A DNA stretch of 64,000 nt from Chiloscyllium plagiosum (lineage: Eukaryota): assembly GCF_004010195.1 (NCBI RefSeq), contig NC_057751.1, forward strand, positions 8,609,023-8,673,022, written 5' to 3'. A program made the translations under genes and the position numbers. Below the pieces are notes generated by a model. That model saw nothing but the letters and a program-made list of their open reading frames with translations. It was not told the DNA's origin and made no database searches. Shown here one piece after another: positions 39,230 through 51,669 of this stretch. How positions within the stretch are numbered: the stretch's first letter is position 1; each line of letters starts with the position of its first letter.

Positions 39230-39535
39230 TTCTCTTCATTTACAGGATGTGGGTGTCACTGTCCAGACAAGCATTTATTGCTGATCCCCAAAAGCAGTGA
39301 AGAGTCAACCAAGTCTGGAGTCACACATATGCCAGACCAGCAAAGAAGAGCCATTTCCTTTTCCAAAGGACATCAGCAAACCACAATTGACATGGTTGCA
39401 TGGTCATTAGTCTTAGATTTCTTTACTAATTTTAATTTCCACCTTCTGCAAATGAGGAATTAGAACTTGGGCCCCAAGGACATAACCTGAGTCTCTGGAC
39501 TAATAGCGTACCAATAATAGCACTCAGCCATCCCT
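39230..39535. mobile_element. SINE/LINE-tail relic
   Basis: ggatgtgggtgtcactg...agcatttattg is shared with 39975-40020; ends in a tRNA-like head complement. Confidence 0.4.
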
Positions 39536-41244
39536 TCCCCCCTTGACATTTTGCTGTTTTATATGCCTGAACTAAGTTATTTAAATGATATGACACAGTT
39601 AAGCTTCTTAAGAATAGATTGAGAAAGAGGAAATACAGACACGCATTCATGTCTTAATGGCACAAAAATGTTTCTGGTCCTACATTTTCGATTAATTTGC
39701 AGACATGACAGAAAGTGTTACCTAGCAATGAGACATATTGTTATCAGTTCAGCTGAGCTGAATTCAACAGATGGATTTTGCAAAACCTGATCAAATTGCA
39801 AAAGCAACAAAAAGATTTGCTGGAAATGCTGGCAGCATCTAAGCAGTTGCAATTATGAAAAACCATCACTTTTGTAAGGAAGTCAAATGTTACATTTCAG
39901 TCTTCAAAATGGTGCAACATTAATTTTAACCCCATTGTGCAGCTCAGCTACAGAGAATTATTTCATCTATTCATGGGATGTGGGCATCACTGGCAAAGCC
40001 AGCATTTATTACCTGTCCCTATGTACCCTTAGGATGGGGATGGTGAGCTGCCTTTTTAAACCAGTACAGTCCCCTTTGGTGTGGGGATCCCCACAAAGCC
40101 ATGAGGGAGCAATTTCCAAGATTTTGACTCAGTGACACCACTGAGGGAATACTGATGTACTTCCAAATCAGGATGGTGGAGGGCTTGGAGGGAAACCAGC
40201 AGGCAGTGTTGTTGTTAAGATCAACTTGGGAAAATGAACCAATTCTCAAGCCTTTCTTCCAGAAACACCAACAATTTTAATGATTTCATCATAGCAGGCA
40301 AACTCTGCAATTCACCAATTTGCTGGAATCAAGGTAACATAAAAGAGTGACCAGGCTCCTGTATCTAACTTCTATTTATAACAAATAAGTAAATTTTAAT
40401 CATTGGTGAATTACTGTAAACTGTCACCATATGGCTCGAGTTAAAACACTAACCCCTTTTTAAAACCACTCATTTTACACACACACACACACACAATTAT
40501 AGACAAAGTAGAAAACCTTGGTTTTATGGATGGAGGAACAAAACTGGGTAACATAGTTCACCGGACCAATCTGCATGAGGACATTGAGAAGTTCCTCTTC
40601 CTTGCCAGAAGTTTCTCTTCTTCAATCTCCTTTCTCCAGGTTGTTTCACTTCTTTGCAGATGGCACAGGGCATTTGGGTATGCGAATTAATCTAAGTCAA
40701 TCGGTTACTGGTTAATGACAACAGCAAACAATAACTCTTGGAAACAATAACTGACTTCCTTTGGGCTTCAGGGGTTTTCACTGGGGGACAAAAAGAGAAC
40801 CACACAAACCACTCTTCAGACAATCCAAAGGCTTCTTGCTGTATAGTTCATACTCCAAGCTGTTCAGTTGCCAGGAAACAATCAGAAAGTTATCACTAAG
40901 GTGACGACCTCCAGATCCATGAAGGTCATAACTGGACAAACCAATCAGCTGCTTGCAGGCAGCCAAACTTCAGCATGCACACAGAGCCCAGATGCTGAAC
41001 CATCAGCAAGAACATAAAAAGATAAGAAATTTGAAGAAGTGTAGGCCATTAAACCCCTCGGTCCTGCCCACCATTCTATAAGATCATGGCTGATCTGCCA
41101 CAGGCCTTTTAGATCAGTTCCCATCATCCTCAGCTCTCTGATATTGCAAAAGTTGATCTCCATTTGCAAAATTTTGAGCGATATTGCCTCTCGGGAGTCA
41201 GGAGTTCCAGACATGGAAAGAAATTCCTACAACAGGGATTAAAG

Positions 41245-41740
41245 GAAGGACATTAAGCTGGAAAGGTTTCAGAAGAGATTTATGAGGATGTTGCCAGGAA
41301 TGGAAGCTGTGAGTTATAAAGAGAGGATGGATAGGCTGGAACATTTCTCATTGAAGCATAGGAGTTTGAGGGGTGAGCTTAGTGGGTTATGAAGTCATGA
41401 GGTGTTTCGGTAAGGTGAATGGCAGATGTCTTTTCCCTGTGATGGGGAATTTCAAGACTAATTGCGCATATTTTTAAGGTGAGAGGAGGAAGATTTACAA
41501 ATGACATGAGGGATAATTTGTTTTTACACAGAGGGCAGTTTGTGCATGGAATGAACCTCCAGAGGAAGTGATGGATGCAGGTAAAGTTACAACATTAACA
41601 AGACATTTGGATAAGTACATGATTAGGAAGATTTTGGAGGGCAATGGGCCAAGCACAAGCAAGTGGAATGAGTTTACTTTGGGATTGTGGTCGGTATGGA
41701 CTGTTTGGACTGAACAGTCTGTTTCTGTGCTAATGACTCC
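41245..41740 (+). mobile_element. CR1 LINE 3' fragment
   Basis: aaggacattaagctggaaagg...aggatgttgccagg...tggaatgaacctccagaggaagtg...HLDKYM. Confidence 0.8.
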
Positions 41741-42479
41741 ATTTTATCTGAGTGTGACCCAGTTCAACATTCCTCCTCTTTTGAGAACATCTGCCCCATT
41801 AGTTGAATATAATAATAGGATAAATATCTATCACAATGAGTTTCAGGCACTTGTTTCAGAGTCCACGGTTTTCAAAAGAATGCTTTTCCCTTTCAAACAA
41901 AATACAGAAAATGAAATGTTAAGATCTTTGCTGTGTTCCCTATGTATCTGCTGTATTGATCCTTCGAAGTAGTGGGTCATTGCTTCAGGAAGGCCAAAAG
42001 GAGTTGGGAATGCTTGTCCTGAGAAAAGGCTGATGGGCAGAATACACCCTGGTTCTCAATATTTTGAAACATACGGATTAACGGAGTCTGTTATAACCAC
42101 AGACCAAAACCAGTCATCACAAAGTCATGACCAAAAATGGGAGATGAATAAAAGATTTTGATTCCATCACTTTGTACAGAGAGTGCTAAAGCTTATGAAC
42201 AGATTGACCAGCCAAATAGTGGAGATATATTACAACAGAACACTCAAGATGGAATTGGACAGAGTTTTGACTTTAATCAGAGGAGACAAGATGAAATTGT
42301 GAAAGAGTGTGGTTCTTTGTTAAAACAAATGTATTTCAAGAAAAAGACAATAGCATCAAAAATTCAAGGACACACTGCATGTGTGAATTAATGGAAATGA
42401 TCCAAGAAATGTAACTTCAAAGAAAGCAACTTGTTTTTCAACAGAAAGCAGAAGAATTTATCGCCAAGATTCCAAAACA

Positions 42480-43050
42480 ATCAAGAATGATGGCAGTCAA
42501 TAAGAATCATCCAGCAAATAGACTTCAAGCCCAGCTGATGTGTGTCCAAAATTATTACAATATTAAATCATGAAATACCATGAGTTGTGCCTTCACAAGA
42601 TCTGATGAAAAGTGGTCAAACAGCAGTGCCATTTCCTAAGACAGCTTTCTCAAAACTGAGGTGATCGTCACTCAAGACCAATTCCATTGGGCAGGACATG
42701 CCACTTGTGTGTCTATCACCAGACTTCTGAAGTAACCATTCTCATTCAAGGTTCAGACATAGCGAAGGAGTCCAAGGAGATCAGTGGAAATGCTTTAGCG
42801 AAATCCTCAAAGGATCACTGAAGTAGCCAAATATCCCCATTGATTCATGGAAGAACAAGGCTTGTGAACAACCAAAATACAGGAGAAGGTTCACCAGAAT
42901 GGAACCAAACACAGCAAGAGACTTGACCAAGATCCTACAAAGCTGAAGTTAAGCCATCAGCAGAGTGCACAGATCTTTAAACAATCCATCTGCCTGACCC
43001 TTCCTCAAGTACCAGCTGCCCCAGTGTGGCAGATTCTTCAGATCACACAC
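42480..43050 (+). mobile_element. RTE/BovB-like LINE 3' remnant
   Basis: Degraded similarity to the RTE C-terminus (…cattgggcaggacatg = WAGH…, agacttctgaag…, aatatccccattgattcatggaa). Confidence 0.45.
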
Positions 43051-43074
43051 TGGATTTCACATCCATCTCAGAAC

Positions 43075-43340
43075 TCATAGAATCAAAGATTCCATACAGT
43101 GTGGAAGCAGGCCATTCTGTCCTTTGAGTCCATACCCTCCCTCCGAAGAGCATCCTAACGAGACCAATTCCCCCCCCTGAAGAAGGGCTTATGCCCGAAA
43201 CGTCGATTCTCCTGTTCCCTGGATGCTGCCTGACCTGCTGCGCTTTTCCAGCAACACATTTCCACCCCCCCCCCCCCCCCCACCCTATCCCTGTAAACCT
43301 ATATTTCCATGGCCAATCCACCTAACCTGCACATCTTTGG
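43075..43340 (-). mobile_element. HE1-like SINE 3' half interrupted by a hammerhead-bearing insertion
   Basis: SINE tail 43075-43170; it resumes caccctatccctgtaaacc...cacctaacctgcacatctttgg after 43265. Confidence 0.75.
43176..43264 (+). mobile_element. Penelope-derived mini-insertion with hammerhead motif (core 43177-43204)
   Basis: cCTGAAGAagggcttatgcccGAAAcgtcgattctcctgttccctggatgctgcc...acacatttcca, flanked by poly-C on both sides. Confidence 0.8.
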
Positions 43341-44281
43341 GTGAGACATTAAAGCATTCCCAGATTAACCAATTACAAATATTTGCATCACCTTGAACAC
43401 ATTTAAGGGTTACAGCTGTCAAACATGACTGGGGAGGTTTATGCAAGAGAACTTTCAGGAATTGGAAATGACCATGAGGCCAGGAGTCCATTTTTGTATC
43501 GCTTTGAAAGCCAAGTCAACACCATTTTGCAGCCTCCTCACCAGCCACAATAATTTTACATTGCAAAGTTCAAATGATCAAGATTTTCCAAGTGGATTGT
43601 GAATTCAAAAGAGAACACAATAACCTAACCTATCTGATGAGTGGAAAGAAACTATTTCTGCTAGTTCAAGAGTGTCATACTAAGATAGCACAGCCTTTAA
43701 ATTAGTGTCAGATATCTCAACATTGCAATTTTAAAAGATATCAATGTGAAATTTGGAACTCTCTTCAACCAACAACAATTGGTGCAAGGTAAATTGTTTG
43801 TTTCAATCTGAGATTGATAAGATTTTGTTCACAATATCGGTAAACACTTCATGATTTCCAACACATTGATCAATTCTCTTCTTGTCCCCATCTACACATA
43901 AATACCTCACTCTGTTAATGCAATCCTTCATCCCTTCAACCATTCTCATAAATCTCTATGCCATCTCACAGCATACTCATGTGCACTGTCTCAGGTGTAG
44001 TGGCCAGAATTGAACACAATGCTGTTCATGCAGCTGAACCAGTGTTTTATTAAGGTTTTGCTATACGCTGGAAATTTCATAGGCGGGAGCAGAACTTTGC
44101 ACCAGTGTAAACACACAATCATGAACAGACAAAAAGCAAAATAGGCATAGTCCAGTGTCAACAACCAGGATTATATCATATCAGTGGCTCTCATATTGTA
44201 CCTTCAGACCGAGATACGATTCCAGGAAAATGTTGCACCTTAAACAGGAGCAAGGGAAAGATGGGACAGTAGTAATTATCA

Positions 44282-44922
44282 TGTGAAGATGCAGTAACTT
44301 TAAGAGGTTATTCTGTCTTGGTGTATGTTTTGAAGAGGGGTTGTAGGCAGAGGGACCAAACTAGCTACGGAAGACGACTTGAGTAAACAGCCTTGGGATG
44401 CTTTGGGTTTTCTTTAAAAACGTCCTAAATGGGTAAGGCCAGCTCTCATAGATCCAGATTTCTGCGTTTGTTCTTTTCAGTAGCATCCGAAGATATCGGC
44501 ATCTCAAAAGAATGAGAAACTTCAGTGAATGCCTCTTGGCAGCTACTCTCTCTGAATGTTCTCTTGATTTTTTATTCCTCCTGGATTGGAGAACTGTATG
44601 CGAGAATCTGCGTCTGAATTTCCCTTTTTGCCAACGGGTGTGTTTGTGGGATGTTACCATATTGAAACAGTTAATTAGCAATAGTTACTGTATCAGTTAT
44701 ATGGTTAAGTTTTCCAATCTGTTAAGATATTCAAAATTTCTCTTTCTTCGATTGCATTTTAACTGAAATGCTTAAATAAATGGTGTTTTGCTTAATGTCA
44801 AGTAGGCTGACCAGTCGTGTTGCATCTGAGGTCCTTTACATTTGTCATTAAAATACGAAAAAGTTAGGGTCGACATTACCTTCTTGAAATATTTTTGAGG
44901 GAGTCTGACCTGGTCCATGACA
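44282..44922 (+). mobile_element. Solo-LTR-like repeat (family A, related subfamily)
   Basis: TGTGAAG...tttaagaggttattctg...aataaatgg...gtctgacctggtccatgACA. Confidence 0.55.
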
Positions 44923-46244
44923 ATAGTCAAGAATAACCTAAAAATGAAAGCATCATCACTATACTAGTTGTGAAGCCAGCTGATCCAAGACTGAAGCAGA
45001 GAATGGCATGTTTCAACATTTGGCCATAAATGATTAACAATTTGATTTTGCTTGCTATCTGGTCATTCACCATGAAGGCTTCTTTTCCCAAGTTATTGAG
45101 CTTTCTCCCATCTGTTAAACAGGTTCCATCAACCACAAATTGCTCTTTTTCCCTCCTGTGACTATACAATATAATGAACATTCCATATTTTTCCTAAATA
45201 TTTTCTCTGTGGGTTTGATTGGTAACGTATTTTCCCAACTGTGACATTTACCTCAAAGCCACATAAGGATCCGACATACAGAAATTCTGACTAAATGTCC
45301 ATTTATTTATTGTATCCACAGAGTGAAAAACTGGAGTTGTGCTGTACAGTCACATCAGACTCAATGTTAATTCATTCTATCTCTCCACAGATACTGCCAG
45401 ACCTGCTGAGAATCTCCAACATATTCTGCAAGAAATTCTGTATTCTTGCCACAATTGGCTCAACCCCCATAAATTCTGGAGTGAGAGAATTTGGGCCGAC
45501 ATATTGATCAGTGGTCTGTGTCGCATGAGAAAAATCCAAGTTGTGCATCATAGCTTTCTGCCGACTCTGATAATTCATTTCTAAAGGGCAATTATTAGAT
45601 AAGGCACAGTGATTCTGGAGAACGAAGTGGAGCAACAGAGGGATCTTAACCTTCTGAATATATTTTAACAATCAAGGCACATAACTGCGCCAGAAAATAA
45701 GATGAACGTTTAATTTCATGGATTACTGACTAAAACATCATCAGTAACATGCAATCTAAGGTCCCTGAAGGAAAGCAAAATGAAGGAATCCATCAACCAG
45801 AGAAGACAATACTCATTCCCTCAATGTGTCCATTGTACGTAAGTCACATCATTGACATTGTAAGATGCTCTCATTCAGAGTTTCAAGTATCTTGAAGTAG
45901 TTCAGGCTGCTGTGCAAAATATTTTTTCACTGGCAACATGGCGATGTAATATACTTGTGCCCAAGGTGGTTTTATGCTTCCTGCAAGAGTGCGCACACCT
46001 CAGCTGCGTCTCTTGTTAGGCAGATTGCCGTTTTCCTTATTCAGAGTTTCCGAGTGCACAGATTTGTAAGAAAAGCATCAATTTGCAACATATGTACCCT
46101 CTAACTGGAGGGGGTGGGGCGGAATGAATGATGGAAGGGGGGCAACAGGTCAGGCAAGGCAATTGCTCACTTAATATTTGATGTGTGACTGAGATATCAG
46201 TTTAAACATTATCTTCAAGCTCTTGTTCAGTAGAACAAAGTGCA

Positions 46245-47045
46245 GTTACAGAGATGTATAGCACAGAAATAGACCCTTCAGCCCATCTTGTCCACGCCGA
46301 TTAGATATCCGAAATTAATCTACTCCCATTTGCCGGCACTTGACCAATATCCCTCTAAACCCTTCCTATTCATATACCCGCCCAGATGCCTATTAAAATG
46401 TTGTAATTGTACCAACCTCCACCACTTCCTCTGGCAGTTCAATTCATACACATACCACCCTCTGTGTGAAAAGGCTAACCCTTAGGTCCATTTTAAATCT
46501 TTCTCCTCTCACCTTAAACTATGCCCCATAATTTTGGACTCCGCTACTCCGGGGAAAAGACCTTGTCCACTTACCCTATCCAAGCCCTTCACGATCTTAT
46601 AAACTTCGAGAAGGTCACCCGTCAGCCTCCGACCATCCAGGGAAAACAGTCCTAGCCTATTCAACCTCTCCCTATAGCTCAAACCCTCCAAACTTGGCAA
46701 GATTAGATTAGATTACTTACAATGTGGAAACAGGTCCTTTGGCCCAACAAGTCCACACTGACCCACAGAAGCGCAACCTACCCAGACCCATTCCCTTACA
46801 TTTACCCCTTCATCTAACACTACGGGCAATTTAGCATGGCCAATTCACCTAACCTGCACATTTTTGGACTGTGGGAGGAAACCGGAACACCCGGAGGAAA
46901 CCCATGCAGTCGCCCGAGGCGGGAATTGAACCCGGGTCTCTGGCACTGTGAGGCAGCAGTGCTAACCACTGTGTCACCGTGCCACCCAAATCCTTGTAAA
47001 TCTTTTCTGAACCCTTTCAAGTTTCGCAACAACTTTTCTATAGCA
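46245..47045 (-). mobile_element. CR1 LINE 3' fragment interrupted by a SINE
   Basis: LEGLSYRERLNRLGLFSLDGRRLTGD. The CR1 breaks at ...cttggcaa (46700) and resumes aatccttgtaaatcttttctgaacc (~46989). Confidence 0.85.
46701..46987 (-). mobile_element. HE1-like SINE (young subfamily, small internal deletion)
   Basis: (gatta)n tail to ...caccgtgccaccc; lacks ~30 nt of body compared with 47161-47471. Confidence 0.88.
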
Positions 47046-47160
47046 GTGTATAATACTCATGAATACTCATGTAAAATTAACGACACATCTTATTGGCCAG
47101 GATACTTCAAAAAGAACATTGTGAATGTCAGTTTGTTCCGCTTGTCGGGGAGTGTTTTTT

Positions 47161-47471
47161 AGATTAGATTAGATTACTTTACAGTGTGGAAACAGGCCCT
47201 TCGGCCCAACAAGTCCACACACGACCTGCCGAAGCACAACCCACCCATACATTTACCTCTTACCTAACACTACGGACAATTTAGCATGGCCAAGTCACCT
47301 GACCTGCACATCTTTGGACTGTGGGAGGAAACCGGAGCACCCGGAGGAAACCAACGCAGACACGGGGAGATTGTGCAAACTCCACACAGTCAGTCGCCTG
47401 AGGCGGGAATTGTACCCGGGTCTCTGGCGCTGTGAGGCAGCAGTGCTAACCACTGTGCCACCGTGCCACCC
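47161..47471 (-). mobile_element. HE1-like SINE, young full-length copy
   Basis: Near-identical to 28348-28663. Confidence 0.9.
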
Positions 47472-47559
47472 ACCAAGTGTGTTCAAGATCCTGTGACACA
47501 AAGCAAAGAGGATCAGGATAATTCGAGTCAATGTTGAACCTCAAACAAATCACAAAGGA

Positions 47560-47730
47560 AGTAGTGTGATTGCTGTCTGACTGCTGTTTGTTGGCTTTGC
47601 TGTGTGCCAAGTGGCTACCACATTTGCTAAATTACTACCAGCACATCATAAACATGTAATTATCAGTGATGTGTTTTTCAACAAACTGAGGTTGTAGAGG
47701 GCAGTCGACCAAACGTTTTCTATTTTTTCA
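47560..47730 (+). mobile_element. DeuSINE-like 3' tail relic
   Basis: ctgctgtttgttggctttgctgtgtgccaagtggctaccacatttgctaaattactac...ctgaggttgtagagggc. Confidence 0.45.
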
Positions 47731-49439
47731 AAATTGTGTGCAGTGGTACTCTCGCTGGGTCATCATACATTTACAGGTTGGGCTGAGGGGATTGTGGGCA
47801 GTGGACCTTGAAGGAAAGTCTGTGGCTCGTCAATAAGTCCAGGAGAATATATATTCTATGGGTGAAACTGATGCAGGATATGATTTCTGTTCTTGTGGAG
47901 TCACTGGTCAACCTGAAAGCTTTTGGAAGTCACTACCTTTTGTGAGGCATAGTGCCCAGTCAAAAGGTTACATCCTCCTGGTTGTTGGCTAAGGTATGAA
48001 ACAAAATTATGGTAAGCTACTGAATTTGTCAAACTTCTCAGATGATTGTAAAAACATGACTTTTTGACTCGCTATCTGAATTGGCATCAAACATTTTTGC
48101 TGAGGCAGAGGGTGGTTGTGGTAAACCTGCTGACTCTATCTTACATCTACCAGTATGAAATTACTGCCCTGGATTATTTCAAATTACACAGTCCAGCACT
48201 ATCCATGAACCTTTAAAATGAAATTTGAACGTCCAGTGAATGAATGAAAGGACAATACAAGATTTCAAATTTTAACACTTGTACTATACCAAATGAACCC
48301 AAAGCAACAAGACTTAAATAGAATCAGTTGAAAATTCATAATTTAAATCAAATTAAAGAAAGGAATGCCTATTTAATTTCTACAACACCTTTCTTTGGAC
48401 TCCCCCCTTCAAAGCCCATTCCTTGGCAATGTGAATCACATGGGCATTCTATGCAGGTTGAAATGTGAATTTATTAGGTAAGTTTATTTCAACCATTAAC
48501 AAAATCTTTCTTGCCTGTCACCTCAATTGATAAAGTAATTATTATCAGGTGAGAATATCTTGCATCTTCTTCCTGCTGACACCACCATGGGCAGCTCCTT
48601 TGACCTTGAACAGCCACACCACCCATACTTTTTGTCAGGCAGAATTCATGACAGGTTACAGAATACCTGCGTTCTTCCATTTAACCTCAAGTTGAAAAGT
48701 GTTCCCAAGAATAACTTTATATCTGTAGCTCAAAGTGCTTTCATCTCTTTTCATTTGAGATTGGCTCGCCCTTAGATTCCCTTGTTTCCTTGTGAACTTC
48801 TAGTCAGCAAATGATTGCCGGAAAGTGGAAATAATTCCTGCAATTTGGACAATGTTCAAACTGCAACCAGGTCCTCCCCAGGCACTTTAAGTTAACTAAG
48901 TTGAACAAGAGAGCTTCACATTTGAAACCTACCAGGTTGAAACACAATGAGAATCCTCACTCAAATAATGCATTCAAGCAAAAAGAGTAATTTTCTCTTT
49001 CCTGACTGCTTAAACTTCAGCCACTGCTGGTAAAGTTCAATCAGAATTAACCCATTCTCTTGATCTAAGTGTGATAAGCTGCAAGGACAAGTTACCACAC
49101 ATAGGCAAATACACAGCACTCGGAGAAACACAGTCACTGTGCCCTTAATGTCTGGGCTTGATGATTTATGAATCAACAAACTTTCAGAACACATTGAAAA
49201 GATTAGGTAAAACTGCACCCCCATTACATCCGCAATCAGGACTGAGGAGCACAGAAGAAGACAAAGTTCAAGACAAGTGGGTGAGTTGGATAGACAGTGA
49301 TGGGAGAGTGTGTGTGTGTGTGTGAGAGTGTGAGAGAACAAGACTTACTCCACCAACCCAAGCATTGGGATTAATGCAAGGGTGAAACAAGCTGACATAT
49401 CTTGGGAGGACAACCAAGGCACAGGAGTTCACATTGAAC

Positions 49440-50020
49440 TTGCAATCCTTGGAAATACAAAGGATTAGAGAAACCTTAGTGTTCATGTCCATAGACCCTT
49501 GAAGGCAGGAGGACAGGCAGATTCTGGGATCTGCGATGTTTGCTTTCATTGGTCCAGGCAATGAATGCAATGGCAAAGAGTTTATGATGGATCTGTACAC
49601 CACATTTGTTAGACCACAGCTAGATTACCGCCTACAGTTCTGGTCACCACATTATTACAGAAATAGGATTATAGTATTAGAGAGAGTGCAGAGGAGATTC
49701 ACCAGGATGTTACCTAGGTTGGGGTGCTTTAGCTATGGACAGAGAGTGGATAGACTGGGGTTGTTTGCTCATGAGTAGAGAAGGGGGGGGGGGGGGGGGT
49801 GATGTTGGGCTACAGATACCTGATTCTCAAGGTCACAGAAAAGGTCGAGGGGACAGATATTTCTCGTTCTCAGAGGGATCAATACCCAAGCAGTACATTT
49901 TCAAGATCCCTGGGCAGATGGTTTTGAGCGAATTTGAGAAATTTATTTTTCATTTGGAGGGTTGCGGTTATCCAAAACTCCTGATCTGGAAAAGGTGGCA
50001 GATGTGGGATCCCTGAAGAG
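49440..50020 (+). mobile_element. Old CR1 LINE fragment
   Basis: LYTTFVRPQLDYRLQFWSPHY...LERVQRRFTRMLP...RLGLF. Confidence 0.8.
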
Positions 50021-50024
50021 ATCT

Positions 50025-50330
50025 AACAGGGTGGGGCAAATCCAAACCTAGAGAGTAGAGGTTTAAGGTGAGAGGAGAAAGATTTAAAAAGGAACCGAGG
50101 GGCAACTTTTTCACTCAGCAGTTTGTGTGTGAAGGGAATGAGCTGCCAGAGAAAGTGTTGGAGGTTGGTACAATTACAACATTTAAAAGGCATCTGGATG
50201 GGTATATGAGTAGGAAGAGTTTAGAGGGACATGGGCCAAATGCTAGCAAATGGGATCAGGCCAGATTGTCTTGTCTGGTCAGCAAGAACGAGTTGGACCA
50301 AAGGGTCTGTTTCCATGCTGTGTGATTCTT
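50025..50330 (+). mobile_element. CR1 LINE 3' end (nested)
   Basis: RGERFKKEPRGNFFTQ...FKRHLDGYM plus 3' UTR. Confidence 0.85.
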
Positions 50331-50371
50331 CTAAGTATTTAGATGGGCACTTGATACACCAGGAGGCAAGT

Positions 50372-51622
50372 GCTTGGAAATCATGTCTCACAAACTTGAT
50401 GGAGTTTTTTGAAGAAGTAACAAAGAGGATTGATGAGGGCAGAGCGGTAGATGTGATCTATATGGACTTCAGTAAGGCGTTCGACAAGGTTCCCCATGGG
50501 AGACTGATAAGCAAAGTTAGATATCATGGAATACAGGGAGAACTAGCCATTTGGATACAGAACTGGCTCAAAGGTAGAAGACAGAGGGTGGTGGTGGAGG
50601 GTTGTTTTTCAGACTGGATGCCTGTGACCAGTGGAGTGCCACAAGGATCGGTGCTGGGTCCACTACTTTTTGTCATTTCCATAAATGATTTGGATGCGAG
50701 CATAAGAGGTATAGTTAGTAAGTTTGCAGATGACACCAAAATTGGAGGTGGAGTGGACAGCAAAGAGGGTTACCTCAGATTACAACAGGATCTGGACCAG
50801 GTGGGCCAATGGGCTAAGAAGTGGCAGATGGAGTTTAATTCAGATAAATGAGAGGTGCTGCATTTTGGGAAAGCAAATCTTAGCAGGACTTATACACTTA
50901 ATGGTAAGGTCCTAGGGAGTGTTGCTGAACAAAGAGAGTGCAGGTTCATAGCTCCTTGAAAGTTGAGTCTCAGGTAGATAGAATAGTGAAGAAGGAGTTT
51001 GGTATGCTTTCGTTTATTGGTCAGAGTATTGAGTACAGGAGTTGGGAGGTCATGTTGCGGCTGTACAGGACATTGGTTTGGCCACTGTTGGAATATTGCG
51101 TGCAATTCTGGTCTCCTTCCTATCAGAAAGATGTTGTGAAACTTGAAAGGGTTCAGAAAAGATTTACAAGGATGTTGCCAGGGCTGGAGGATCTGAGCTA
51201 CAGGGAGAGGCTGATCAGGCTGGAGCTGTTTTCCCTGGAGCAACGGAGGCCTTATAGAGGTTTACAAAATCATGAAGGGCATGGATAGGATAAGTAGACT
51301 AAGCCTTTTCCATGACGTGGGGGAGTCCAGAACTAGAGGGCATAGGTATAGGGTGTGGGGAGAAAGATATAAAAGAGACCTACGGGGCAACTTTTTCACA
51401 CAGAGGGTGGTACATGTATGGAATGAGCCGCCAGAGGAAGTGGTGGAGGCTGGTACAATTGCAACATTTAAGAGGCATTTGGATGGGTATATGAATAGGA
51501 AGGGTTTGGTGGAATTTGGGCCGGGTGCTGGCAGGTGGGAAGAGATTGGGTTGGGATATCTGGTCGGATGGACAGGTTGGATGGAAGGGTCTATTTCCAT
51601 GCTGTATATCTCTGTGGCTCTA
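50372..51622 (+). mobile_element. CR1 LINE RT domain to 3' end (relatively young)
   Basis: KSCLTNLMEFFEEVT...YMDFSKAFDKVPH...SGVPQGSVLGPLLF...KFADDTKIGG, with a few stops and frameshifts. Confidence 0.95.
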
Positions 51623-51669
51623 TGCTGGAAAATGGAGTGAGAATTGAGATGTGCTCCTGTATGCTGACC

